This document shows positions 20,779-28,907 of a stretch of 64,000 nucleotides of DNA, piece after piece. Both the position numbers and the translations under genes were made by a program. This stretch comes from Vicinamibacteria bacterium (lineage in GTDB: Bacteria; Acidobacteriota; Vicinamibacteria; Marinacidobacterales; Marinacidobacteraceae). Each line of letters opens with the position of its first letter. Within the stretch, counting starts at the first letter, position 1. The notes under the pieces were generated by a model. The model saw nothing but the letters and a program-made list of their open reading frames with translations, was not told the DNA's origin and did no database searches. The DNA lies in contig OZ241322.1 of NCBI GenBank assembly GCA_965199715.1, forward strand, positions 1,824,001 through 1,888,000, read 5' to 3'.

Positions 20779-22563
20779 TCACGGGTCCTTCCGCCGGCGC
20801 AGCCGGTCGAGCCGCCGGTTCAGCGCTTGCGCCCGGACGAGGTCGGCGCCCGCCTCGCGACGCGCCCGCTCGACGCTCTCGATGAGCAGGGCGCGCAGGC
20901 AGTCGGCGGGCCGCTGCTGGCTGGTGTTGAGCGGCACCGTCTCGCTCCGGACCGCCCGGAGCAGCCGCTCCTCCCCGGGGCTGCGCGCTTCCGGGTCGCC
21001 CAGCAGGTCGGTCGCGGTTCCCGCGCCGGCGTCGGCCGCCCGCTTCATCGCGATCAGGATTCCGCTCGAGGCGAACCCCTCGAGGTCCCGGGCGTCGGTC
21101 CGGCGCAGCAGCGCGGCCACTTCGCCCGGACGCTCGGAGGTCCAGCGGACGAAGTCGCGTTCCCCCACGGTGAGGGCCGGTCGGCGGCGCGCTGGCGTGG
21201 GCGCCGGCGCTTCTTCCTCGACCGGCTCGAGCCCCTCCCACGGGTTCTCGTCGGGGCCGCCCCCGGGGCCCGGCGGGGACGGTTTCGCCGGGGCCGGCCG
21301 CCGGGCGAGGATGCGGGCCATCTCCTCCTTCGCGGCGCCGGCGGAGAAGCCGGTCGCGCGCGCCGCCTCCTCGAGCCACGCCTCGCGTTCGAGGGCGGAG
21401 GGCCAGAAGGCGAGGATCTCGAGCACCTCGCGGAAGCGGCCGGCCCGGTCGAGCCCCTCGCCCCCCTCGGGGCGGGCCGTCAGGAAGCGGACGAAGTCCG
21501 GAGCCTCGGCGATCGCCCGGCGGAACGCGGCGGCGCCCCGGGCGCGGACGAAGTCGTCGGGATCGAGGCCGTCGCCGAGCGAGACGACGCGCACCCGCAG
21601 CTCGCGGGCGAGCAGGATCCTCAGGCTCTTGACGGCGGCTTTCTGGCCGCTCGCGTCGGCGTCGAAACAGACGACGACCTCCCGGGCGCACGCCTTCAGG
21701 AGCGCCGCCTGCTCGTCGGTGAAGGCGGTGCCGCAGACCGCGACGGCCTGCGGGATCCCGGCCCGCCACGCCGCCACGCAGTCGAAGTACCCCTCGAGGA
21801 GCACCGCCGAGCGCTCGGCCCGCATGGCGCGCCGGGCGCGGTGCATCCCGTAGAGGACCGACTTCTTGTGGTAGATCGGGCTGTCGGGGCTGTTGACGTA
21901 CTTGGGCTCGCCGCCGTCGAGGCTCCGCCCGGCGAAGCCGACCACGAGCCCCGAGGAGTCGTGGATCGGGATCATCAGCCGGTTTCGGAAGAACGGGTAG
22001 TACTGCCCGTTCGACTCCCGGGACTCGGCCACGAGCCCCGCCTCGAGGAGCGCCTCGAGCGGCGAGCCGCGCGCCCGCAGCGTCGCGGCGAGCCCCGAGC
22101 GGGGGGCGAACCCGAATCCGTACTCGCCGAAGTCCCCGGCGGCGATCCCGCGCTTGTCGAGGTAGTCGCGGGCCCGCTTCCCGCCGGGCGCCCGCAGCGC
22201 GCCGCCGTAGTAGTCCGAAGCGGCCCGGATCGCCTTCCGGACCGCCTCGCGGCGGGCCTCCGCCTGCGGGTTCCGCTGCGGGATCGGAATCCCGGCGCGG
22301 CGGGCGAGCCCGTGGAGCGCCTCGACGAACGGGACGCCCTCCAGCTCCTGCAGAAACTGGAACGCGTCCCCGCCGGCGCCGCAGCCGAAGCAGTGGTAGC
22401 GCTGGCGGTCCTCGTCCACCTGGAACGACGGCGTCTTCTCCCGGTGGAACGGGCACAGCCCCTTGTGCACCCCGCCGCGCCCGCTTCGCAGGCCCACGCG
22501 CTCGCCGACGATCTCGACGATGTTGGTCGCCCGGCGGACCTGCTCCCGGAAGCCTGAGTCCAT
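20779..22563 (-). CDS. dnaG: DNA primase
   Basis: CPFH..TPSF..CFGC zinc-binding domain, KYVNSP, EGYFD and DADASG TOPRIM motifs. Confidence 0.96.
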   Translation of the reverse strand: MDSGFREQVRRATNIVEIVGERVGLRSGRGGVHKGLCPFHREKTPSFQVDEDRQRYHCFGCGAGGDAFQFLQELEGVPFVEALHGLARRAGIPIPQRNPQAEARREAVRKAIRAASDYYGGALRAPGGKRARDYLDKRGIAAGDFGEYGFGFAPRSGLAATLRARGSPLEALLEAGLVAESRESNGQYYPFFRNRLMIPIHDSSGLVVGFAGRSLDGGEPKYVNSPDSPIYHKKSVLYGMHRARRAMRAERSAVLLEGYFDCVAAWRAGIPQAVAVCGTAFTDEQAALLKACAREVVVCFDADASGQKAAVKSLRILLARELRVRVVSLGDGLDPDDFVRARGAAAFRRAIAEAPDFVRFLTARPEGGEGLDRAGRFREVLEILAFWPSALEREAWLEEAARATGFSAGAAKEEMARILARRPAPAKPSPPGPGGGPDENPWEGLEPVEEEAPAPTPARRRPALTVGERDFVRWTSERPGEVAALLRRTDARDLEGFASSGILIAMKRAADAGAGTATDLLGDPEARSPGEERLLRAVRSETVPLNTSQQRPADCLRALLIESVERARREAGADLVRAQALNRRLDRLRRRKDP

Positions 22564-22569
22564 CCGGCC

Positions 22570-22577
22570 AGCATAAT
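22570..22577. promoter_or_regulatory. Overlapping divergent -10 elements between dnaG and larB
   Basis: TATGCT (minus) 6 nt before the dnaG ATG and CATAAT (plus) 12 nt before the larB ATG, within a 26-bp spacer. Confidence 0.5.
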
Positions 22578-22589
22578 CCGCTCCCTTCC

Positions 22590-23384
22590 ATGACCGATCA
22601 GCTTCTCCTCGCGCTGCTGCGCCGGGTCGCCCGCGGCGAACTCGCCCCGGACGAGGCGGCGCGCCGGCTCGCGATTCCTCCCGAGAAGCTGCTCGGCGGC
22701 GACGGCGTCCCGTTCGCCCGGCTGGACCACGACCGGGAGCGCCGCCGCGGGTTTCCCGAGGTGGTCCTCGGGACCGGGAAGACTGCGGAGCAGGTCGTTG
22801 CGATCACCCGGGCGCTGTCCCGGCGCGCGTCGCGGACGCTCGTGACCCGGGTCGAGCCGGAGGTCGCTCAGGCCGTCTGCCGCGAGGTCCCGGGCGCGCG
22901 GCGCCGTCCCGAAGCCCGCGCCGTGGTGGTCGAGGGCGAGCCCGCGCCGCCGCTGCACGCGACCGTCGGGGTGGTGGCCGCCGGCACCTCGGACGTCCCG
23001 GTGGCGGAGGAGGCCGCCCTCACCGCCGAACTCTTCGGCGCCTCGGTCGAGCGCATCTTCGACGTGGGCGTGGCGGGAATCCACCGGCTGCTGGCGGAGG
23101 CGCCCGGGTTCGCCCGCTTCCACGCGCTCGTCGCCGTCGCCGGGATGGAGGCGGCGCTCGCGCCGGTCGTCGCCGGGCTGGCGCCGTGCCCGGTGTACGC
23201 GGTGCCGACCTCGGTCGGCTACGGCGCGTCGTGGGGAGGGCTCGCGGCCCTGCTCGCCCTATTGAACAGTTGCGCTCCCGGCGTCACCGTCGTCAACATC
23301 GACAACGGCTTCGGCGCCGGGTACGCGGCGGCGCTCGGAATCGCTCACTTCCGGCAGCTCGAGGGCGAGCGAGCGGATCGCTGA
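22590..23384 (+). CDS. larB: Nickel-pincer cofactor biosynthesis protein LarB (PurE-like)
   Basis: RRGFPEV, AGTSD, DVGVAGIHRL, AGMEAAL, PTSVGYG and NIDNGFGA motifs. Confidence 0.92.
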   Translation: MTDQLLLALLRRVARGELAPDEAARRLAIPPEKLLGGDGVPFARLDHDRERRRGFPEVVLGTGKTAEQVVAITRALSRRASRTLVTRVEPEVAQAVCREVPGARRRPEARAVVVEGEPAPPLHATVGVVAAGTSDVPVAEEAALTAELFGASVERIFDVGVAGIHRLLAEAPGFARFHALVAVAGMEAALAPVVAGLAPCPVYAVPTSVGYGASWGGLAALLALLNSCAPGVTVVNIDNGFGAGYAAALGIAHFRQLEGERADR

Positions 23385-24065
23385 AACCGCGGCGGGGGCC
23401 AGTCCCTCGCCGTCGTGCTTCACGTAGAAGTGGAGCGCCTCCACCTGGCCCGCGACGCGGGCGAGCGCGGCGGCGACGGCCCGCTCCTCGCTCTCGCACC
23501 ACGGCGGGTCGCGCCGCAGCCGGACGTAGGCGAAGGGCGCGGTCACCGGAACGGTCCATCCGGCCTCGATTTCGGCGACCCCGGCGACCATCGCGACCCC
23601 GGCCTCCCGGAACCGGGCCTCGACCGGGGCCGCGTTCCACGATTCGTGCCGGAACTCGAACGCGAACTGCCCCCCGGCCGGCAGGTCGGCGAGGAACCGG
23701 TCCAGCAGCTCGTCGTCGCGCCGCAGCCAGGGAGGGCACTGGAAGAGGACCGGACCGAGCCGCTCCCCGAGCGGGGCGAGCCCCTCGAGGAAGGACCGCG
23801 TCGCGTCGGCCGCGTCCCGAAGGCGGGCGCGATGGGTGATGCTCTGGTGCGCCTTGACAGCGAACCGAAAGCCGGGCGGAACCGCTTCGGCCCACGCGCG
23901 GACGACGGCCTCCTTCGGAAAGAGCCGGAACGTGTGGTTGATCTCGACCGCGTTGAAGACGCCTCCGTAGCAGGCGAGGAAGTCCGCGGGCCGCGTTCCC
24001 TTCGGATAGAAACGCCCCACCCACTCCCGGAATCCGTAGCCGGAAGTCCCGGCGTACAGGATCAA
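23259..24065 (-). CDS. DUF72 domain protein
   Basis: YAGTSG..W.GRFYP, VEINHTF, LFQCPP, FEFRHESW and YVRLR motifs; TTG start overlaps the upstream stop. Confidence 0.85.
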   Translation of the reverse strand: MILYAGTSGYGFREWVGRFYPKGTRPADFLACYGGVFNAVEINHTFRLFPKEAVVRAWAEAVPPGFRFAVKAHQSITHRARLRDAADATRSFLEGLAPLGERLGPVLFQCPPWLRRDDELLDRFLADLPAGGQFAFEFRHESWNAAPVEARFREAGVAMVAGVAEIEAGWTVPVTAPFAYVRLRRDPPWCESEERAVAAALARVAGQVEALHFYVKHDGEGLAPAAVSAIRSLALELPEVSDSERRRVPGAEAVVDVDDGDAGSATVQ

Positions 24066-24508
24066 CTGTCGCCGAAGAGGTTGTGGAAGGCGGCGCGCGC
24101 GTCCCGGGCCGTGTCCATTTGCCGGCCGGTGGTGTCGAGCATCTCCAGCGGGCGGAAGTGGAGGCACTCGTTCCCGGCCCACTTGTTGATGATCCGGCGC
24201 GGGATGTCCGCGCGGCACTCGAAGCGCTGCTTCGGGTCGAAGTGGGCGCAGTGCCGGCAGGAGCGGAGCGGGTTTCCGCATCGCTCGCAGGTGGAGCCGA
24301 CCACGATCGAGACTTCGCTCGTGGGCCATTGGTGGCCGCAGCGCCCGCAGCGGGTCACCACCGTGGCGCGCCGGTCGCCGGCGAGTCGCAGCGTGCGGAC
24401 CTGCTCCCGGTTCCCGAGGTCAGCGAGCCGCTCGTCCAGCTCGCGGCGGATACGCCGCTCCCTGTCGCTGTCGCGGTCGGCGCGTCGTTCGCGCTTTCGG
24501 TACTTCAA
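24062..24508 (-). CDS. Uncharacterised Cys-rich (putative multi-Zn) protein
   Basis: CGRC, CERC, CRHC plus two further Cys, and C-terminal ARAAFHNLF; start uncertain. Confidence 0.7.
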   Translation of the reverse strand: MKYRKRERRADRDSDRERRIRRELDERLADLGNREQVRTLRLAGDRRATVVTRCGRCGHQWPTSEVSIVVGSTCERCGNPLRSCRHCAHFDPKQRFECRADIPRRIINKWAGNECLHFRPLEMLDTTGRQMDTARDARAAFHNLFGDS

Positions 24509-24606
24509 GGAGGCTGGGCTCCGAACGAACGACCCCCCGGACCCCGGATCGTCTCCAGCGGCCCCGGTCCGGCCGACGGCGTCAGCCAGCGGGGCGTTCC
24601 GCAAAG

Positions 24607-25434
24607 TTAGCACGAACCGGCGGACGGAGGCTGGCAACCGGGGCAGTGGAACGTGGCCCGCCCCCCGAGCGCGGTGCGGCGGATGGCGCGGCGGCGGCAG
24701 CGCGGGCACGGTTCGTCCGCGTGTCCGTACAGCCGGAACCGGTTCCGGGCCGACTCCCGGCCGGCGCGCCCCTCGCTCACGTAGCGCACGCCGGTCTCCC
24801 GCGCCTGGTCGATCGTGCGCCGGAGGGTGGCGCGGATGGACCGGTGGAGCCGCCGGACCTCGCCGGGGCCGAGCGACGAGGCCGGGCGCGCCGGATGGAT
24901 CCGCGCCTCGAAGAGCGACTCGGTAGCCTGGATGTTCCCGATCCCGGCGATCCTGTCCTGGTCCATCAGGAAGGGCTTCACCGGCCGAACGCTCGCCTGG
25001 AGCATCGAGGCGAGGGCGCGCCCGGTGAACGCGGGGCCGAGCGGCTCCGGCCCCATTCGGGCGAGGCGCGCCGCGTCGGCGGGGCGCATCAGGCGCAGGA
25101 ATCCGAAACGGCGCGGGTCGAGGAAGCGGACCGGATCGCCGCCGACGAAGAGCGAGGCCCGGGTCGCCGGAGGAGCCGCCGCCGCCCGGATCCACTTGCC
25201 GGTCATCCCGAGGTGGTTCAGCAGCGTCGCCCCCGAGTCGAGCTCGATGCGCAGGAACTTGCCCCGGCGCGTCACGCGCGCGACCTCGACCGACTCGGCC
25301 GCGTCCCGGACTTCCGCTTCCGGCTGGCCCTGGCGGGTGCGGGCCTCGGGGATCCGGATCGTCCGGAGCCGGCGTCCCGCAAGCCATTCGGCGAGCCGCT
25401 CGCGGGTCCATTCGGCTTCGGGGAGTTCGGGCAC
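24607..25434 (-). CDS. mutM: Formamidopyrimidine-DNA glycosylase Fpg/MutM
   Basis: N-terminal PELPE, RRGKF, HLGMTG, DPRRFG, AGIGNI and CPRC..CPGCQ zinc finger. Confidence 0.94.
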   Translation of the reverse strand: MPELPEAEWTRERLAEWLAGRRLRTIRIPEARTRQGQPEAEVRDAAESVEVARVTRRGKFLRIELDSGATLLNHLGMTGKWIRAAAAPPATRASLFVGGDPVRFLDPRRFGFLRLMRPADAARLARMGPEPLGPAFTGRALASMLQASVRPVKPFLMDQDRIAGIGNIQATESLFEARIHPARPASSLGPGEVRRLHRSIRATLRRTIDQARETGVRYVSEGRAGRESARNRFRLYGHADEPCPRCRRRAIRRTALGGRATFHCPGCQPPSAGSC

Positions 25435-25487
25435 GCAGTGTTGGTAGAGTGTCAGGTTGGAGGCCCGGCGTTTTCCGGGATTGGCTC

Positions 25488-26639
25488 ATGCGCGACTCCT
25501 CGACCACCCGCCGGGAAGCTCTGCGGATTCTTTCCGCCCTCGCCGCGGCGACGGCGCTGCCCCGCAGCGGGCTCGCCGGCGGCGTCATGCAGGACGAGAA
25601 GGTGATTCCGTTCACCGACGTGCCGGAGGAATTCGAGACGATGCGCGGGGAATACCCGTTCCGCATCGACCTCCGCGAGCTTCGGAGCTTCATCACCCCG
25701 AACGAGGACTTCTTCTCGGTCGCCCACTACGACCGGCCCATGCTCGACGCCGCCGACTGGTCGCTCCAGGTCGGCGGGCTCGTCGAGCGCCCGGCGTCCT
25801 ACACGCTGGACGAGCTGCGGGCCATGCCGCGCGAGGAGCGCATGGTCACCTTCGAGTGCTCGGGGAACCAGGGGATCCGGCACCACGGCATGGTCGGGAA
25901 CGCGGTCTGGGCGGGAACTCCGCTGCGGCCGTTGCTCGAGGCGGCGGGACCGCACGTGACCGTTCTGGAGACGGTGTTCTGGGCGGCGGACTCGGGGACC
26001 GAGACGATCCGCAACAACGAGTACCCGCAGAACTTCGCCCGGGCCATGTCGCTCACCGACGCGATGGAGTCGGGCGCGATCCTCGCCTGGGAAATGAACG
26101 GCGAGCCGCTCCCGGCGAAGAACGGCTTCCCGCTGCGGCTGATCGTGCCCGGGTGGTACGGGATCGGACACGTGAAGTGGCTGACCCGGATCCAGCTCGC
26201 CGACCGGCGGCTGATGAACCGGTTCATGGGCCGCGACTACGTGACCATCATCGGCGAGGAAATGGACGGCGAGACCGTCTGGTTCGAGCGGTCGGTGACC
26301 ACCCAGCGGATCAAGTCCGTCATCGCGCGGGTGACCGAGACCGCGTCGGGCGGCGCGCGGATCTTCGGCGCGGCGTGGAACGACGGGACCCCCATTCGCG
26401 AAGTCCAGGTCCAGATCGACGGCGGCGAGTGGATGCGCGCCGATCTCGAACGGACCGGAAACCCGTACGCGTGGACCTTCTGGAGCCTCGAGACCGGAGC
26501 GCTCGGCGCGGGCGAGCACACGCTCGTGTCGAACGCGGTGGACGAGCTGGGCCGCGAGCAACCCGCGGACCTGAGCCTCAAGAAGACCTACTGGGAGGAC
26601 AACGCCCGGTTCGCCCGCACGGTCATGGCGGGCGGCTGA
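25488..26639 (+). CDS. Tat-exported sulfite-oxidase-family molybdoenzyme
   Basis: TRREAL Tat signal, FECSGN Mo-ligand Cys, and NGEPLP..NGFPLRLIVPGWYG..VKWL. Confidence 0.88.
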   Translation: MRDSSTTRREALRILSALAAATALPRSGLAGGVMQDEKVIPFTDVPEEFETMRGEYPFRIDLRELRSFITPNEDFFSVAHYDRPMLDAADWSLQVGGLVERPASYTLDELRAMPREERMVTFECSGNQGIRHHGMVGNAVWAGTPLRPLLEAAGPHVTVLETVFWAADSGTETIRNNEYPQNFARAMSLTDAMESGAILAWEMNGEPLPAKNGFPLRLIVPGWYGIGHVKWLTRIQLADRRLMNRFMGRDYVTIIGEEMDGETVWFERSVTTQRIKSVIARVTETASGGARIFGAAWNDGTPIREVQVQIDGGEWMRADLERTGNPYAWTFWSLETGALGAGEHTLVSNAVDELGREQPADLSLKKTYWEDNARFARTVMAGG

Positions 26640-26647
26640 CCGCCGCG

Positions 26648-27813
26648 ATGCGTCGGCGACGCTTTCTGGGTTCGCTCGCCGGGTTGGCCGTGGCGCCGGG
26701 CTATCGCGGCGTCTCCGCCGCCCAGCGCGCGGGCGCGCGGATCGGCGTTCTCGGCGGCGGGATCCTCGGCTGCTCGATCGCGCTGCACCTCGCCCGGCGC
26801 GGCGCGAACGTGACCGTCTTCGAGCGCGAAGGGCCGGCGGCGGGCGCGACCGGGAACTCGTTCGCGTGGATGAACGCCAGCTTCTCGAAGCGCCCCCGCG
26901 CCTACCACGAGCTCAATTGGCGCGGGATGCAGGGCTGGCGGCGGCTCGAGGACGGCGTGGAGGCCTCCGGGTCACCTGGGGCGGGAGCCTCGAGTACCGC
27001 GTGGACGCCGATCGCGCCGGCGCGCTGGACGAGCAGCTCACCCGGGCGCAGCGCTGGGGGTATCCGATTCACCGGGTGGACGAGGAGCGTCTGCGCGAGC
27101 TGGAGCCGGGCGTGACCCCCGAGGCCCCGGTTCTGTGCGCGGCGTGGGCTTCCGCCGAGGGCTCGATCGAGCCGCGCTCGACCACGAGGGCGCTATGGGC
27201 GGCGGCGGAGGCCGCCGGCGCGACGTTCCGCATCGCCGAGGTCGCCTCGCTGGACGTCCGCTCCGGATCGCTGCGCGGCGTGCGCACCGGGGACGGCGAC
27301 CACGAGCTGGACACGCTGGTGATGGCCGCGGGAGTCCAGGCCCCGGATCTCCTGCGTCCCGCCGGCGTCCCGCTGCCGCTGGTCGAGTCTCCCGGCATCC
27401 TCGCCCACTCGAAGCCGGCGGCTCCGGCCGTCAACCGGATCGTGCTGGCTCCGCGCATCCACCTGAAGCAGACCGCCGGGGGCAAGGTGGTCGCCGGAGT
27501 CGGATTCGCCGGCGCGGGCTCCACCGACGCCTCGCGGACGGTCGGCGAATCCATCCTCGAGGAGACCGCGAAGGTCGTTCCGGCGGTCGCCGGGCTCGAG
27601 GTCGAGGAAGTGACCCTCGGCTACCGGGTGCTGCCCGAGGACGGTCATCCGGTCGTCGGATTCCACCCGGCGGCGCCGGGGATCTACGTCGCCTCGATGC
27701 ACAGCGGCGTCACGCTCGCGCCGGTGATCGGCCGGTTCGCCGCCGCGGAGATCCTCGACGACGTGGAGGTCTTGCTCCTGGCGGACTTCCGGCCGAACCG
27801 CTTCTCGGCGTGA
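26648..27813 (+). pseudogene. Tat-exported DAO-family FAD oxidoreductase with a single frameshift near 26960
   Basis: RRRRFL signal and GGGILG..GATGNSFAW in one frame; LRVTWGG..GYRVLP.DG..HSGVTLAP in another; one missing G in GAGGC restores the frame. Could be a sequencing error. Confidence 0.75.
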
Positions 27814-27830
27814 CCGTTCTCAGCCTGACC

Positions 27831-27861
27831 GCCGGTCCCGAAGATTCGGGCCGCCGCTTTT
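27831..27861 (+). terminator. Putative intrinsic terminator after the DAO gene
   Basis: GTCCCGAA-GA-TTCGGGC hairpin followed within a few nt by TTTT. Confidence 0.45.
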
Positions 27862-27864
27862 GGG

Positions 27865-27945
27865 GATGGGTGGGTCTCTTGCGACGGCCCCCGACCTTGG
27901 CCGGACCCCGGATGTAAGGAGGTGAACTTTCCGGAGCACCGGTGA
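27865..27945 (-). ncRNA. Candidate structured small RNA with an anti-SD loop
   Basis: CCGG-TG-CTCCGGA[AAGTTCACCTCCTTACA]TCCGGGG-T-CCGG hairpin, followed by a GCAA-capped hairpin; strand uncertain. Confidence 0.35.
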
Positions 27946-27965
27946 ACTTATCACAGGAACCAAGC

Positions 27966-28907
27966 TCAGGAACTTTGCAAAGTTCTTGAGGCCCGAAACA
28001 CCACGTCGAGGTCCCGCCGGGCGCGCTCGAAGCCGGAGCGCGGCGCGCGCAAAGGGTCGGCGAGAAGCCGCCGGAAGTCGCGCGCCATGGCTTCGAAGCC
28101 CATGAAGTCGCGGAATCCGGGGAGGCGGAATCGAATCCGCCGGCCGGCGCGCAGCCTCAGGTACAAGCCGTTGCTCTCGAAGACGATGCTCCCCCGCTCG
28201 CCGACCACCCGCGAATGCTGGAGGACGCCGCCGGGGAGCGAGCGCCGGTCCCAGGCGTACTCGACCAGCGCGGTCGCCCCCGAGGGATAGCGCAGTTCCA
28301 CTCGGGAATGGCGCTCCGGCCGGTCCTCGCCGGGGAACTCCGCTTCCACCTCGTCGGGCCGTTCCGCGAGGATTGCGCCCAGCAGCGCGACGAAGTGGAT
28401 CCCGCCCTCCAGCAGCGCCCCGTGGGCGGCGCGCCAGCCCGACGCCCGCTGGAGCGAGAGCTTGCGCAGCTCGACCCGCCGCACCGGCCCGATTTCGGGG
28501 AGCAGGCTCAGGAGCAGCCGCAGCGAGGGCTTGTAGAGGTAGTTCTCGGCGACCATCAGCGACCCCGCCGGGCGCGATTCGAGCGCCGCGCCGATCGCCC
28601 CGACCTCCTCCGGCGCGACGGCCATCGGCTTTTCCACGAGGACGACCTTCCCGGCCTCGAGCGCCCGGGTCGCCGCCTCGGCGTGCGCTTCCGCCGGGGT
28701 CGCGAGCACCACGCCGCGGATTTCGGGACGCGCCAGCACGTCGTCGAGGTCGTCCGCCGCGCTTCCCCCGAACCGCGCCGCGAGCGTCTCGGCGGAGGCG
28801 CGCCTCCGGCTTGCGAAGGTGAGGTCGCACTGGTCCCGCAGCAGCCGGGCGTGCACCCGCCCGATCGCGCCGGCGCCGACGATCGCGACCTGCGGTCGTC
28901 CGCTCAC
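27966..28907 (-). CDS. Gfo/Idh/MocA family oxidoreductase
   Basis: VGAGAIG, VLVEKPMA and GALLEGGIH motifs; GTG overlaps the GMC stop. Confidence 0.88.
   Translation of the reverse strand: MSGRPQVAIVGAGAIGRVHARLLRDQCDLTFASRRRASAETLAARFGGSAADDLDDVLARPEIRGVVLATPAEAHAEAATRALEAGKVVLVEKPMAVAPEEVGAIGAALESRPAGSLMVAENYLYKPSLRLLLSLLPEIGPVRRVELRKLSLQRASGWRAAHGALLEGGIHFVALLGAILAERPDEVEAEFPGEDRPERHSRVELRYPSGATALVEYAWDRRSLPGGVLQHSRVVGERGSIVFESNGLYLRLRAGRRIRFRLPGFRDFMGFEAMARDFRRLLADPLRAPRSGFERARRDLDVVFRASRTLQSS

Noticed and set aside
26950-26975. Programmed ribosomal frameshift in the DAO gene
   Set aside because: No slippery heptamer and no precedent in this family; an error or mutation is simpler.
27866-27925. 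19-codon ORF MGGSLATAPDLGRTPDVRR (possible type I toxin or leader peptide)
   Set aside because: No upstream SD and not hydrophobic; the strong SD lies at its end, not before it.
27944-27989. CRISPR array or LexA box
   Set aside because: The repeats are only 13-nt phased with no spacers and no cas genes, and the spacing differs from known LexA boxes.
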